Assembly: GCA_016186915.1 (NCBI GenBank)
Contig: JACPKU010000004.1
Span: forward strand, 67,168 to 131,167
Direction: 5' to 3'
DNA length: 64,000 nt
From: Candidatus Doudnabacteria bacterium
GTDB taxonomy: Bacteria > Patescibacteriota > Doudnabacteria > UBA920 > O2-02-FULL-48-8
The notes beneath the pieces were generated by a model, which was not told where the DNA came from, made no database searches, and saw only the letters and a program-made list of their open reading frames with translations. The position numbers and the translations under genes were made by a program. This document shows, in pieces, positions 19,001 through 29,346 of the stretch (the stretch's first letter is position 1; the number at the start of each line of letters is the position of its first letter).

Positions 19001-20959
19001 TCAAAGCTTGGCTTTTATCTTCTCTGCCAAGGAGCGGCCTACTACATTGGAAAGTTCGGTCATGTTAGCAGCTTTTAAAGCCGCGACAGAGCCAAATTTA
19101 CTGAGTAGTTGTTTTTTCTTTTGTGGTCCGATTCCGGGGATAGTGTCCAAGCTGGATAAAAGTAGGGATTGGGATCGGAGTTTGCGGTGGAAGGTTACGG
19201 CGAATCGGTGCGCTTCGTCGCGAATGCGCTGAAGGAGAAACAAAGCAATGGAATTAGGGGGAAGGGTTAAGGGTTTAGGATGCCTAGGCAGAAATATTTC
19301 CTCCAAGCGTTTGGCTAGACCAATGATAGGAATTTTTGTTTTTTTATTGTAAATTGAAAATTGAGATTTGGAAATTGCCGCGATAGCGGCGTTAAGTTGC
19401 CCGCGACCGCCGTCAATGAGGATAAGGTCAGGCAAGGGCCAGGCTTTGTTCCGTGTTCCGTGATCCGTGCCGCCTTTGGCGAGCCTCGCCTCTGGCGGGA
19501 TCCGTGACCTGGAGAATCTCCTTTCCAGCATCTCGCGCATCATAGTGTAATCGTCGGGCGTGTGTTTGCTTCGGATCTTGAATCGCCGATAATCTTGTTT
19601 TTTGGGCCGTCCGTAATCAAATACTACCATTGAGCCGACAGGATTCATCCCTTGAACATTGGAAATATCATAGGCCTCGATTCGACCGGGCAATTTGGAT
19701 AAATTAAGCACGCGTTGCAATTCTTTAAGCGAAGCAAGCAGCCTGGCTTCTTCTAGCAGATTTTTATCACCAGTGCTTTCTAAGTACTGTTTGGCGTTTT
19801 CTGTGCCGAGTTGGATGAGCTTGAGCTTCTGGCCGCGGGATGGAACGAAGATTCGCGGACGTAACTCCCCCTCACCAGCTCTCGGCAGCCGGTGAGGTAG
19901 GGAATTTCCTCTTATACTAAGAGGGGGTTTTTTTGCAGCTACACCTCCCCTTATATTAAGGGGAGGCTGGGAGGGGTTATAACCCTGGGCTGGTAATAGA
20001 ATCTCCCTCGGCCAGCTACTCGCTTCCAAATAATATTTCGGCAGAAATTCATCTAAGATTTCTGCGGGTGTTGCTCCTTTGGTGTTTTTGAGAATAAAGT
20101 TTTCTTTTCTAATCAATTTGCCTTCCCGAATGAGAAATAAATTGATCGAGCCGAGACTGCCCGTAAGATAGAGACTAAAAATATCCTGATCAACTTTTTT
20201 CGGATACACCAGTTTTTGTTTTTCTAATACTCTATTAATAGTAAAGATCTGGTCTCGGATTCGCGCCGCTTTTTCATACTGTCTGTTTCTGCTTAGTTGG
20301 CTCATTTGGGATTTTAAATCGTCGAGCGTTTTTAGCTGCCAGCCGGATAAAAGTTGGACGATCTGATCAATAGCTTTTCGATACTCCGCCAAAGAAATTT
20401 TGCCGATACAGACACCCGGACACTTGCCAATGTGATAATAAAAACATGGCTTGGTGCCAACCTTGGAATTGGAGCAATAAGGAAAAATTTTACGGATCAA
20501 ACGCAAGGTTTGTTTGATGGAATAAGAGGATGTGTAAGGGCCTAAGTAGCGCGCCGATTTACCTGCCCGCCGTAGCTTTAGCGAAGGCGGGTCGGCAATT
20601 TTGCGCTCGAAGTCTATGGTCGGGATTTCGTCCTGGATATTGATTTTTATAAACTGAAAATTTTTGTCGTCTTTCAGCATCATATTGTATTTGGGCTGGA
20701 ATTCCTTGATGAAATTGTTTTCCAAAATCAGGCTTTCGGTTTCATTGTCTGTGATCACATAGCTTAGATCCCGGATTTGGCTGATCATCTGCTGAATCCT
20801 GTTTGATCTTGCTGGGTCGGGCTGGAAATAAGAACGGACTCGGTTTTTAAGCTTGTTGGCCTTGCCCACATACAAAATATCGCCAGCGGCGTTTTTGAAA
20901 ATATAGACGCCAGGTCTGGCTGGTAGTTGTTTGGTTTTTTGAGCCATGCTTTTGCGCAT
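19001..20959 (-). CDS. uvrC: Excinuclease ABC subunit C with several repeat-derived inserts
   Basis: 'PGVYIF...YVGKA..LKNRVRSYF', 'YDISN', 'IDGGRGQ', 'RDEAHRFA'. Confidence 0.95.
   Translation of the reverse strand: MRKSMAQKTKQLPARPGVYIFKNAAGDILYVGKANKLKNRVRSYFQPDPARSNRIQQMISQIRDLSYVITDNETESLILENNFIKEFQPKYNMMLKDDKNFQFIKINIQDEIPTIDFERKIADPPSLKLRRAGKSARYLGPYTSSYSIKQTLRLIRKIFPYCSNSKVGTKPCFYYHIGKCPGVCIGKISLAEYRKAIDQIVQLLSGWQLKTLDDLKSQMSQLSRNRQYEKAARIRDQIFTINRVLEKQKLVYPKKVDQDIFSLYLTGSLGSINLFLIREGKLIRKENFILKNTKGATPAEILDEFLPKYYLEASSWPREILLPAQGYNPSQPPLNIRGGVAAKKPPLSIRGNSLPHRLPRAGEGELRPRIFVPSRGQKLKLIQLGTENAKQYLESTGDKNLLEEARLLASLKELQRVLNLSKLPGRIEAYDISNVQGMNPVGSMVVFDYGRPKKQDYRRFKIRSKHTPDDYTMMREMLERRFSRSRIPPEARLAKGGTDHGTRNKAWPLPDLILIDGGRGQLNAAIAAISKSQFSIYNKKTKIPIIGLAKRLEEIFLPRHPKPLTLPPNSIALFLLQRIRDEAHRFAVTFHRKLRSQSLLLSSLDTIPGIGPQKKKQLLSKFGSVAALKAANMTELSNVVGRSLAEKIKAKL
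19862..19983. repeat. CCCCT-rich palindromic element, in-frame in uvrC
   Basis: Encodes GYNPSQPPLNIRGG...PRAGEGEL; closely matches 14159 and 28778. Confidence 0.85.
20562..20591 (+). repeat. CCTG-tagged 30-nt hairpin, in-frame in uvrC
   Basis: CCTG-CCCGCC-GTAGCTTTAGCGAA-GGCGGG, encodes PPSLKLRRAG. Confidence 0.8.
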
Positions 20960-21117
20960 GAACCTATGCTAACAACCCTTGACAAATCCGTCAAAAATGA
21001 CTAGGATATGATGTCCTGTAATCAAGGGGACAACTGCGGCTCCGACAGAACTCGGATCCTGGGCCTCGGGATAAGGGGCAAATTGCTCTTCGGGCAAATT
21101 AGCCTGAAGGAGGGATT

Positions 21118-22056
21118 ATGAAACTCATGGATTGGGATCTTTTCGGCAAGTGGACTGGCGATGATCACCGTTCGTTGATCAGCGCTCTCGGTGAGGAGAA
21201 CGCGCGAGCCGTGAAGAGCGGCCAACTCGTTCTCAAGGTCACCAAGCCGGCAACGGAAACCGAGCCGGGAGAGTTCGTGCTGGAAGAGCCGGTCAGGCCG
21301 ATGTTCGACTCACACGGCCGGCGGATTCCGCCTCAAGGCATGAAAGCCAAGGCGGTGGATGCCAACCGCTCGTTCTACCTTGACCAGCCGAAGCTCGACT
21401 TCGGATCACGGCTGGCGCGGTTCGCCGAGCACTTCGGCTGCGGCACGTTCATGTCAGCCGATGAGTTCGAAGGCCGGTTCGTCGAGATTCTGCGGTGGCT
21501 GGCTACGGATCTGCTCACGGCCAACCTACCGATCAACGGCGTTGTGTTGCCGCTGGCCCTGCCGAAAATGCAAATCGACGACCTCGGCCAGTTCACGGAA
21601 GTGAAGCTCCTGGCCGCGGTCAAGCGGGCTTATGAGCAACAGTTCCCCGGGCGGAACTTTAAGAACTACCGCGCCGGCAAACTGGCCAAGCAGGTCAAGG
21701 TCGTGGCCGATAGCCATAACCGGCTGCTGCGGAAGCTGGCCGAAGGCCCGGTCGTGCTGGGCTACTCCCCGAACTGTCTGCAGGGATTCTCCATCCCGGC
21801 AGATCGGGAACAGATGAATACGCTGCCCGATGACTTGCTGCTGTGCGGCGTCATCGAGCCGGCAGCGGCCCTGACCACTTACTCGGACGTCCTGGCGCGT
21901 GATTACCAGACCCCGGGTCTGGATTGCGCCGCAGTCCAGTGGCAGTCGCGGGAGTTCTCGCTCTACTTCAGGGCCTACGACAGTGCGCTTGAGTTCGACC
22001 ACAGGCCTCTGCCTGCCTACGGCAACTCTTCCGGCGGCTTGTCCGTCCTCGGGTAG
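21118..22056 (+). CDS. Hypothetical protein (GC-rich, SD-led)
   Basis: AAGGAGG SD, GC-rich third codon positions, 312 aa. Confidence 0.8.
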   Translation: MKLMDWDLFGKWTGDDHRSLISALGEENARAVKSGQLVLKVTKPATETEPGEFVLEEPVRPMFDSHGRRIPPQGMKAKAVDANRSFYLDQPKLDFGSRLARFAEHFGCGTFMSADEFEGRFVEILRWLATDLLTANLPINGVVLPLALPKMQIDDLGQFTEVKLLAAVKRAYEQQFPGRNFKNYRAGKLAKQVKVVADSHNRLLRKLAEGPVVLGYSPNCLQGFSIPADREQMNTLPDDLLLCGVIEPAAALTTYSDVLARDYQTPGLDCAAVQWQSREFSLYFRAYDSALEFDHRPLPAYGNSSGGLSVLG

Positions 22057-22332
22057 TTCGTTGGTTTCTCGGTTTTTGGGATTTGGATCCTCGGTCCAAT
22101 CCTGTGGGAGCAATCACGTTTGGTTGCTCCCATTTTTTTGTCCAAGACCAAGCATTCCCTTTTTGCCACATATGTGGCAAAAAGGGAATGCTGTTGAAAG
22201 ATACAAAAGCGGTACCCCCTTGCGCCGGCGATTATTTAAGTGTATACTATCTTAGCTTAAAAAGCCGTTACATTCAACGGCTTTGTCGCCGTATTCATTT
22301 TTGAAACTTCAGGGTAACTATATAAAGGTAGT

Positions 22333-22403
22333 CCTTCGACTACGCTCAGGACGTAATTTTTACGCTCAGGACATAATTTTGATCCCTGAGTAGAATCGAA
22401 GGG
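22333..22403. repeat. CCTTCGAC..GCTCAGG / CCTGAG..TCGAAGG repeat pair
   Basis: Second copy at 62301-62360. Confidence 0.7.
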
Positions 22404-22411
22404 TCAAAATT

Positions 22412-25279
22412 ATGCAAGAAAAAATTTCCATTCAGGGCGCGCGCGTTCACAATTTAAAAAATATCAATCTTGATATTCCCCGAAACAAGCTGGTGGTCAT
22501 GACCGGGCTTTCCGGATCAGGCAAGTCGTCTTTGGCGTTTGATACGATCTACGCAGAGGGCCAAAGACGTTACGTGGAATCCCTGTCTGCTTATGCCAGA
22601 CAGTTTTTGGGATTGATGGACAAGCCAGATGTGGACAAAATTGAAGGCTTGTCTCCGGCAATTTCCATTGACCAGAAATCCGCCTCACATAATCCTCGGT
22701 CAACCGTGGGCACTGTCACGGAAATTTATGATTATTTAAGATTGCTTTTTGCCAGAGTGGGAGTGCCGCACTGTCATGTTTGCGGCAAGAAAATTACCGG
22801 GCAAACAGTGACCCAGATGACCGATCAGATTATGAGTTATCCTGTGTCCACCAAGATTATGATTTTAGCGCCAACTGTGAAGGATCAAAAAGGCGAGCAC
22901 AAACACCTTCTGGAAGAAGCAAAGAAAAGCGGCTATCAACGAGTGCGGTTTGACGGCACAATCATGGATATTGGCGAGGCCTTGCAATTAAACGTGGATA
23001 AAAAGAAGAAGCATACTTTGGATGTCGTGGTGGACAGGGTTGCCTTGAGCGCTGAGGATCGAGCAAGAGTGGCTGACTCTTTGGAAACCGCTTTGGATCT
23101 AGGCAAGGATTCAGTAGTTATAATCGTAGATGATAAACACGAAATTTTACTTTCGTCCAATTTTGCCTGTCCCGAGGGACATATGAATCTGCCGGAGCTG
23201 AATCCCAGGAATTTTTCCTTCAATTCTCCGCACGGCGCCTGTTCTGATTGCACTGGTTTGGGCACCAGATTGGAGATAGACGAAAATCTGGTTATACCGA
23301 ATCCAAAATTGACTTTGGCCGAAGGGGCGGTGAGGCCATGGAGCAAAACCACCTCCAGACTTACCTGGTACGCTCGAGTGTTGGAGGCTTTAGGCCGCGA
23401 GTACGGATTTTCTGTAAACACGCCGGTGAAAGATCTGCCTGAAAAATTTCTTGATATCGTGTTATACGGCAGCGGCGGCAAGAAACTAAAAATTTCGGAT
23501 GACAGCGGCTATGAACGGTACACTTCTTTTGAGGGCGTGATCCCAAACCTCACCCGCCGATACAAAGAAACTGATTCTGATTATATGCGCGGCGAAATTG
23601 AGCAGTATATGAGAGTGCAAAAATGCCCGACTTGCAAAGGGCGAAGACTCAAACCCGAATTTCTGGCAGTCACCATCCAAGACAAATCCATTATTGACGT
23701 GGCACACTTGTCAATCGACGAAGCGGTGAAGTTTATGGCGGCTTTGCCCAAGAAATTTTCTGAAAAAGACTTGAAAATTTCTCATCAGATTTTAAAGGAA
23801 ATCGTGGCAAGATTGAAATTTTTACTGGATGTGGGTTTGAATTATCTCACCTTGGATCGAGGAGCAGACACTCTTTCTGGCGGCGAAGCGCAGCGGATCC
23901 GTTTGGCCACGCAGATTGGCTCTGGATTAACCGGAGTTTTGTATATTTTAGACGAGCCGTCAATCGGCCTGCACCAGCGGGACAATGCCAGATTATTGCA
24001 AACCCTAAAGAATTTGCGCGATCTTGGCAATACCGTAATCGTGGTCGAACACGACGAGGAAACTATCTGGGCTTCGGATTGGGTGGTGGACATCGGTCCG
24101 GGCGCTGGCAAACACGGCGGCGAGGTGGTGAGCGAAGGCACGCCCGCCCAAGTCTCCAAAGACCAAAAATCACTGACTGGCAAATATCTTTCTGGGCGCG
24201 AATCAATCCCGGTGCCGGCGATGCGCCGAAAAGGCAGTGCGCGGACCATTAAAATAGTCGGAGCCAGCGAGCACAATCTGCAAAATATTGACGTGGAAAT
24301 TCCCCTGGGTAAATTTGTGGCTCTAACCGGCGTATCTGGCAGCGGTAAAAGCACTTTGCTGAATGAGATATTGGCCAAAGCATTATCTGCTTATTTTTAC
24401 AATGCCAAAGAGTCACCCGGCGAGCACAAAAGAATTATGGGGACAGAAAATATTGATAAGGTGATTAATATCGACCAGTCGCCAATTGGCCGCACCCCCC
24501 GATCAAACCCCGCCACCTACACCGGCGTGTTTACCTACATCCGCGATTTATTTGCCGCAACCCCAGAAGCCAGAATGCGCGGCTACAAGGCTGGTCGGTT
24601 CAGCTTTAACGTTAAGGGCGGGCGATGCGAAGTCTGCGGCGGAGACGGGGTGATTAAAATTGAAATGCATTTTTTGGCTGATGTGTACGTCACTTGCGAA
24701 GAGTGCAAAGGCAGACGATACAATAAAGAAGCTTTGGAAATTCACTACAAAGGGAAAACCATTGCTGATGTTTTGGAAATGACCGTGGATGAAGCGCATA
24801 TCTTTTTCAGAAATATTCCCTTGATTGCGCGCAAGCTGGAGACATTGTCATTGGTGGGGTTAGGCTATATGCACTTGGGCCAGCAAGCCACCACGCTTTC
24901 AGGAGGCGAGGCCCAAAGAATCAAGCTGGCCACGGAACTTTCTCGCGCATCCACTGGCCGGACGCTGTATATTTTAGACGAACCGACCACTGGTCTTCAT
25001 TTCGACGATGTGAAAAGATTACTCGGCGTTTTGAACCGATTGGTGGACAAGGGGAATACGGTATTAATCATTGAACATAACTTGGACGTGATAAAAAATT
25101 CCGACTGGGTGATTGATTTAGGTCCCGAAGGCGGGGACAAGGGCGGGGAAGTGGTGGCTGTGGGTACGCCGGAAGAAGTGGCGAAGGTCAGAAAAAGTTA
25201 TACCGGGCAATATTTAGCGCGGGTTCTAAAGAAAGAAAAATCTAAGGTTAGAGAAAGGATTAGTGAAAAAGTTCAATAA
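22412..25279 (+). CDS. uvrA: Excinuclease ABC subunit A
   Basis: Two ABC modules ('[14 protein letters not shown]', 'LSGGEAQRI'), zinc fingers. Confidence 0.98.
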   Translation: MQEKISIQGARVHNLKNINLDIPRNKLVVMTGLSGSGKSSLAFDTIYAEGQRRYVESLSAYARQFLGLMDKPDVDKIEGLSPAISIDQKSASHNPRSTVGTVTEIYDYLRLLFARVGVPHCHVCGKKITGQTVTQMTDQIMSYPVSTKIMILAPTVKDQKGEHKHLLEEAKKSGYQRVRFDGTIMDIGEALQLNVDKKKKHTLDVVVDRVALSAEDRARVADSLETALDLGKDSVVIIVDDKHEILLSSNFACPEGHMNLPELNPRNFSFNSPHGACSDCTGLGTRLEIDENLVIPNPKLTLAEGAVRPWSKTTSRLTWYARVLEALGREYGFSVNTPVKDLPEKFLDIVLYGSGGKKLKISDDSGYERYTSFEGVIPNLTRRYKETDSDYMRGEIEQYMRVQKCPTCKGRRLKPEFLAVTIQDKSIIDVAHLSIDEAVKFMAALPKKFSEKDLKISHQILKEIVARLKFLLDVGLNYLTLDRGADTLSGGEAQRIRLATQIGSGLTGVLYILDEPSIGLHQRDNARLLQTLKNLRDLGNTVIVVEHDEETIWASDWVVDIGPGAGKHGGEVVSEGTPAQVSKDQKSLTGKYLSGRESIPVPAMRRKGSARTIKIVGASEHNLQNIDVEIPLGKFVALTGVSGSGKSTLLNEILAKALSAYFYNAKESPGEHKRIMGTENIDKVINIDQSPIGRTPRSNPATYTGVFTYIRDLFAATPEARMRGYKAGRFSFNVKGGRCEVCGGDGVIKIEMHFLADVYVTCEECKGRRYNKEALEIHYKGKTIADVLEMTVDEAHIFFRNIPLIARKLETLSLVGLGYMHLGQQATTLSGGEAQRIKLATELSRASTGRTLYILDEPTTGLHFDDVKRLLGVLNRLVDKGNTVLIIEHNLDVIKNSDWVIDLGPEGGDKGGEVVAVGTPEEVAKVRKSYTGQYLARVLKKEKSKVRERISEKVQ

Positions 25280-25313
25280 AAAAAGACCGACTTCTTCCTC
25301 GAGTCGGCCGGGA

Positions 25314-25763
25314 TCACGGCTTCCGGATCTTTAACGCGATGCTGTCGAGAGTATAGTAGTGATCCACATCATCCCACCGACAGCCAATCCGGAAGTGGAC
25401 CGAGCAGAATGTAAACGCTATGTAAGGCAGAAAAAACCAGGAGTTTTTTCTGATCCTCACCAGGCTGAACTGCCATTGTCCATTGGCCGGGATCGGTTTT
25501 GGCCCCACCTCGCCGGATGTGGCCATAGCTTGAAGATAGTGCCTGCTTCCAAAAATCATGGTCGGCGGCTCAAGTAGGGCCCGGGCGGTCATACTTCGGC
25601 ACATCCAGCTTTGGAGCGGTATGCGGTCAGCGTGCGGTTGGTTGCTCAGGTGTCTTGGGAGACCAGTGGGGATTTTCCCAAATAGAGCAAGCGCATACCC
25701 CAGGCCGATATAACCTCCGATTAGACAGAGGGACAGCTCGAGTATGGCAAGCAAAGAAGTCAT
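25314..25763 (-). CDS. Hypothetical membrane-anchored protein (SD-led)
   Basis: AGGAGG SD, N-terminal TM segment, own terminator. Confidence 0.65.
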   Translation of the reverse strand: MTSLLAILELSLCLIGGYIGLGYALALFGKIPTGLPRHLSNQPHADRIPLQSWMCRSMTARALLEPPTMIFGSRHYLQAMATSGEVGPKPIPANGQWQFSLVRIRKNSWFFLPYIAFTFCSVHFRIGCRWDDVDHYYTLDSIALKIRKP

Positions 25764-25842
25764 GAGTCCTCCTGTGTATTTAGAATAATATAGGTATTTT
25801 ATTAGTTACGTCAATTAAGCGTTAAGACAGGTTGTTTAGCCC

Positions 25843-25875
25843 TTGACCAAGTGTTTATATCATGCTAGTATGATA
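25843..25875 (+). promoter_or_regulatory. Sigma70 promoter overlapped by a palindromic operator
   Basis: TTGACC-17-TAGTAT; TATCATGCTAGTATGATA at 25858-25875. Confidence 0.55.
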
Positions 25876-25909
25876 ACATAGTTTAATAGTAAGGGGATTA
25901 GGATAGTTT

Positions 25910-26221
25910 ATGAATATTGTTCAAGGGTGGCAAAATAAGAATACCACTGCCCTATTTGAGGCGATTTTAAAGCTGAAAACCGTGCCGGAAGCCGAGGCGT
26001 TTTTCCGCGATCTCTTGACTTTGGCCGAGATTAGAGAATTAAGCACCCGACTGAAAATCGCGAAACTATTGAATAATACAGATAAGACTTATTTACAGAT
26101 TGCGAAAGAAGCCAAAACCACCACCGCGACCATTACCCGGGTAGCGCAGTGGCTGAAAAACGGCATGGGTGGGTATAAACTTATTCTCAACCGCTTAGGT
26201 CATCATTCCAACTCTTCTTGA
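25910..26221 (+). CDS. YerC/YecD TrpR-like repressor
   Basis: 'FFRDLLT.AE', 'TY..IA...TATITRVAQWL..G.GGY'. Confidence 0.9.
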   Translation: MNIVQGWQNKNTTALFEAILKLKTVPEAEAFFRDLLTLAEIRELSTRLKIAKLLNNTDKTYLQIAKEAKTTTATITRVAQWLKNGMGGYKLILNRLGHHSNSS

Positions 26222-26409
26222 AGGGGTTGGTGAGCTTTTGTATTGCTTAATAGAAATTCTCTTCAACCCCTGCAAGTCGCAGGGGTTTTTGTGAAGGAGG
26301 AGAATTGACAGCGATTCATCGGGCATTCGGAGGCACTGGGCCGCACAATGCTGGCGGGATTTCCTCCCGCCGGCATTCCCCAGTTTATCTCAAAGCAGAG
26401 GAGACTGAC

Positions 26410-27075
26410 ATGGACGCACGTATTCTGAAACGGGTCAAGGCCGTTGCTAAAGTTACCGGAAAACCGGTCAGGCTGGATGACGCAACCTTGGTGTTTTTCC
26501 TCTGTCCTTGTCTCTCCAGTAAAGGGATCACGGTTCGAAAGGACGGCCTGGGATATTCGGCCAAATACGTCAATCGGCTTAGTATCACGGCAAGAGAGCG
26601 GATAAACAAGACGTTGGCTTTTAGGGCCGCCGCGGCTGACGTGGGCTGGCAGTGCGAACCTGTCGCTGTGTGGGGTTCAGCTGACGCCTTTATACTTTAC
26701 GATCAGACGGACTTTCCGCTCCTGCCCGAGAACATACCGGTCAAAGTAGTGAGTAATTATGAGCCAGTCCAGGCGCGGATTAGCGATTTCTGGTCGTATT
26801 ACGAGTCCCAGCCCTGGTTGCAGGGATGTTTACAGCGGGCCGTGAAGCAAGAACAGCAGCGCCTGCTTTCCCTGCTGCCGAATTCGTGCAGGAGTCTCCG
26901 ACTGGACTTCGTTCGTCGAGTGTTCGCAGGATTCGCATTGGACGGCATGCTCCTGCAACTTGGTACATTTGGTCGCAACCCAATCATTCTCGGCGTGGAA
27001 TCGCCAGGAGTGACCGAGCTCCAGAATGCCGTACTCCCTCCGTTTAATAGGGTACCGGTGATTCAATTGCCGTAG
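26410..27075 (+). CDS. Hypothetical protein (GC-rich)
   Basis: GAGGAG SD before ATG 26410; terminator follows. Confidence 0.7.
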   Translation: MDARILKRVKAVAKVTGKPVRLDDATLVFFLCPCLSSKGITVRKDGLGYSAKYVNRLSITARERINKTLAFRAAAADVGWQCEPVAVWGSADAFILYDQTDFPLLPENIPVKVVSNYEPVQARISDFWSYYESQPWLQGCLQRAVKQEQQRLLSLLPNSCRSLRLDFVRRVFAGFALDGMLLQLGTFGRNPIILGVESPGVTELQNAVLPPFNRVPVIQLP

Positions 27076-27143
27076 TAAGGGGTGGAGCTGTTTCTACCCC
27101 TTCGTTTTTATAATTAATTATAATTGATCTTAAGTAAAAAAAT

Positions 27144-27848
27144 ATGATAACTTTTTATAATTGGGAATGCCCGCCTCGCTTTTTGGATATTGATGGAGGA
27201 ATCAGCTATTTAGTTGATTTGGATAAGATATTCAAAGGCCAGAAAATTGATAAATTTACAGAACTACCCAGAGTAGTATCACAATCGAAAAGAGAGATAA
27301 GAATTTTAAAAAAATTAAATTCGTTAGGTCTTAAGTATCGGTTCGTGAAAATTATTGCTGATACTAACGCTTATTATTTGACTCCCGAGAGCTTACAACG
27401 ATACGGCGAACAGAACGTCAAAAGAAAATTTTTGGAGTTTAAAACAAAGATTGAGGGGGGTATCTTAAAGTATCCGGCAAGGACAAAAGTCTTTTTGTTT
27501 ACAGAGTTAATTAAAGATTATCAGCAGTTGTATGACAAATCATTTCAAAAAGCGCTGAAACTTTTAAAACAAGACAAACTCGTATCCAAATGGTGGATAG
27601 CTGAACAATTAAAGAGAACAAAAGAACACGTTGGGATTAATGAGGCTGAAAAATTACAAGAATTTTGTTTCAGGACTATTGCCAGTTACGCTGCTGAAGG
27701 GTTGGTCTTTGGTCGGCTCTCTAAGACAAGATTTTTCGCCAATTGTGTCTGGTTGAACATCGAAGAGGCTGACGAAAGAACCATAACAATTACGAATTCT
27801 CTGAGAATTAAAGAAGGTAAGGACCCCTTGCCAATGCTATTTATGTAA
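27144..27848 (+). CDS. Hypothetical protein (AT-rich), possibly a distant homologue of 26410-27075
   Basis: 234-aa ORF with the same motif order. Confidence 0.75.
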   Translation: MITFYNWECPPRFLDIDGGISYLVDLDKIFKGQKIDKFTELPRVVSQSKREIRILKKLNSLGLKYRFVKIIADTNAYYLTPESLQRYGEQNVKRKFLEFKTKIEGGILKYPARTKVFLFTELIKDYQQLYDKSFQKALKLLKQDKLVSKWWIAEQLKRTKEHVGINEAEKLQEFCFRTIASYAAEGLVFGRLSKTRFFANCVWLNIEEADERTITITNSLRIKEGKDPLPMLFM

Positions 27849-27954
27849 TTTTAGCACTTGACCCAGCCTTCGCCCTATGGGCTTCGGCGGGCGGGACTCG
27901 GAATATTTATATCTGATAATTAGCGTTATCTATGGAATTGACTTTAGTTACCTC

Positions 27955-28028
27955 TTAGCACTTGACAGGGTAGAGTGCCAAATATATAATGTTAAGTACG
28001 GTTAGCACTCGGAAGCTTAAAGTGCTAA
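27955..28028 (+). promoter_or_regulatory. Two CIRCE operators and a consensus sigma70 promoter of the hrcA operon
   Basis: TTAGCACTT-N9-GAGTGCCAA (27955-27981), TTAGCACTC-N9-AAGTGCTAA (28002-28028); TTGACA-17-TATAAT. Confidence 0.92.
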
Positions 28029-28036
28029 TAAAATAT

Positions 28037-28774
28037 ATGAATCTAAGCCTCAGACAACAAAAGATTCTGGCCGCCATTATTAAAGAATACGCGGAAACCG
28101 TCTCCCCAGTAGGGTCTAAAGAACTGGCAAATAAGTATAATTTCAAGGAAAGTCCAGCCACGATCCGCAATGATATGGCAACACTTGAAAAATTAGGCTT
28201 TATCACCCAGCCTCATAAATCCGCGGGCCGGGTGCCGACTGACAAGGGTTATCGGTTTTTCGTCAATGAGCTGATGCGCCGGTTCGAGATTTCCGAAAAA
28301 GAGCGCAAGATGCTGAGAGCGCAGCTGCTGAATCTGCAATCAGAATACCAGCAGCTCGGAAGAAAATTAACCACCCTCATTTCTGAAGTTTCAGGACAAG
28401 CGGCCATCGCCTTGCTCCCAGATCAAACCTCGATTACCGGCATGTCATATTTAGTGAGTAATCCCGAGATGAGAGACGATAAGTCTGTCAGACAAGTGGC
28501 GGAATTGTTTGATCATTTAGACCGCTACGCGCCCAAGCTTCTGAAAGGAGCGCCGAATAAAACCGAAACATTTATCGGCGGAGAAACACCCCTGCCCGTG
28601 CCTAAGGATCTCAGCCTTGTAGTTTCCAGCATTAAGCTGAAAGGCAACAAAAAAGGGATGATCGGGATTTTGGGCCCCAAAAGAATGGCCTATGCCAAGA
28701 ATTTATCCTTACTTGAGTATTTGTCGAAGTTGATTTCCGGCACTGCCGTAGTGTTATTGATAATTAAGTTTTAG
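28037..28774 (+). CDS. hrcA: Heat-inducible transcription repressor
   Basis: 'PVGS', 'SPATIRNDM', 'QPHKSAGRVPTDKGYR'; start placed after CIRCE. Confidence 0.95.
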   Translation: MNLSLRQQKILAAIIKEYAETVSPVGSKELANKYNFKESPATIRNDMATLEKLGFITQPHKSAGRVPTDKGYRFFVNELMRRFEISEKERKMLRAQLLNLQSEYQQLGRKLTTLISEVSGQAAIALLPDQTSITGMSYLVSNPEMRDDKSVRQVAELFDHLDRYAPKLLKGAPNKTETFIGGETPLPVPKDLSLVVSSIKLKGNKKGMIGILGPKRMAYAKNLSLLEYLSKLISGTAVVLLIIKF

Positions 28775-28777
28775 TTG

Positions 28778-28863
28778 CCCCCTCTTAGAATAAGAGGGGG
28801 ATAGGGGGAGTTAGATTCAGAGGATTATAACCCCTCCCAACCTCCCCTTATATTAAGGGGAGG
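28778..28863. repeat. CCCCT-rich palindromic element (intergenic copy)
   Basis: CCCCTCTTAGAATAAGAGGGG...CCCCTCCCAACCTCCCCTTATATTAAGGGGAGG. Confidence 0.8.
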
Positions 28864-28874
28864 AGAATACGAAT

Positions 28875-29342
28875 ATGTCAAACGATAATAAGCAAGCACA
28901 AGCAGAAGAATTGACCAACGAGGAGCTTTTAAATAACTGGAAGCGAGCGGCGGCGGATTTGGAGAATTTTAAGAAAAGAAAAGAGACAGAAGGCAAGGAA
29001 ATTTTGGAGTACGCGAAAGAAATGGTGGTGTTGCGGCTCATGCCTTCTTTGCAGAGCTTGGAGCAGGTCCTCTCCTTTGCTCCCAAGGATGAGAAGTATC
29101 AGAAATGGTTGGAAGGATTGCGAGCCACGATTAAGCAGCTGGAAAAGACCATGGAAGGACTGGGGGTAAAAAAGATTGCAACAGAAGGCCGGAAGTTTGA
29201 TCCCCATCAGCACGAAGCTGTGCAGGAAATTGAAGGGAAAGAAGAGGATATGATAGTTGATGAAGTACAGCCGGGATTTACCTTAAATAATAAAGTAATT
29301 ATCCCCGCTAAGGTCGTAGTAGGGAAAACAAGAAAGGAGTAA
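28875..29342 (+). CDS. grpE: Nucleotide exchange factor GrpE
   Basis: 'RAAADLENFKKR', 'FDPHQHEAV', 'PAKVVV'. Confidence 0.95.
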   Translation: MSNDNKQAQAEELTNEELLNNWKRAAADLENFKKRKETEGKEILEYAKEMVVLRLMPSLQSLEQVLSFAPKDEKYQKWLEGLRATIKQLEKTMEGLGVKKIATEGRKFDPHQHEAVQEIEGKEEDMIVDEVQPGFTLNNKVIIPAKVVVGKTRKE

Positions 29343-29346
29343 ACAT

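Noticed and set aside
22232-22262. dif/Xer-like site
   Set aside because: Only a loose AT-rich inverted repeat; no convincing XerD arm.
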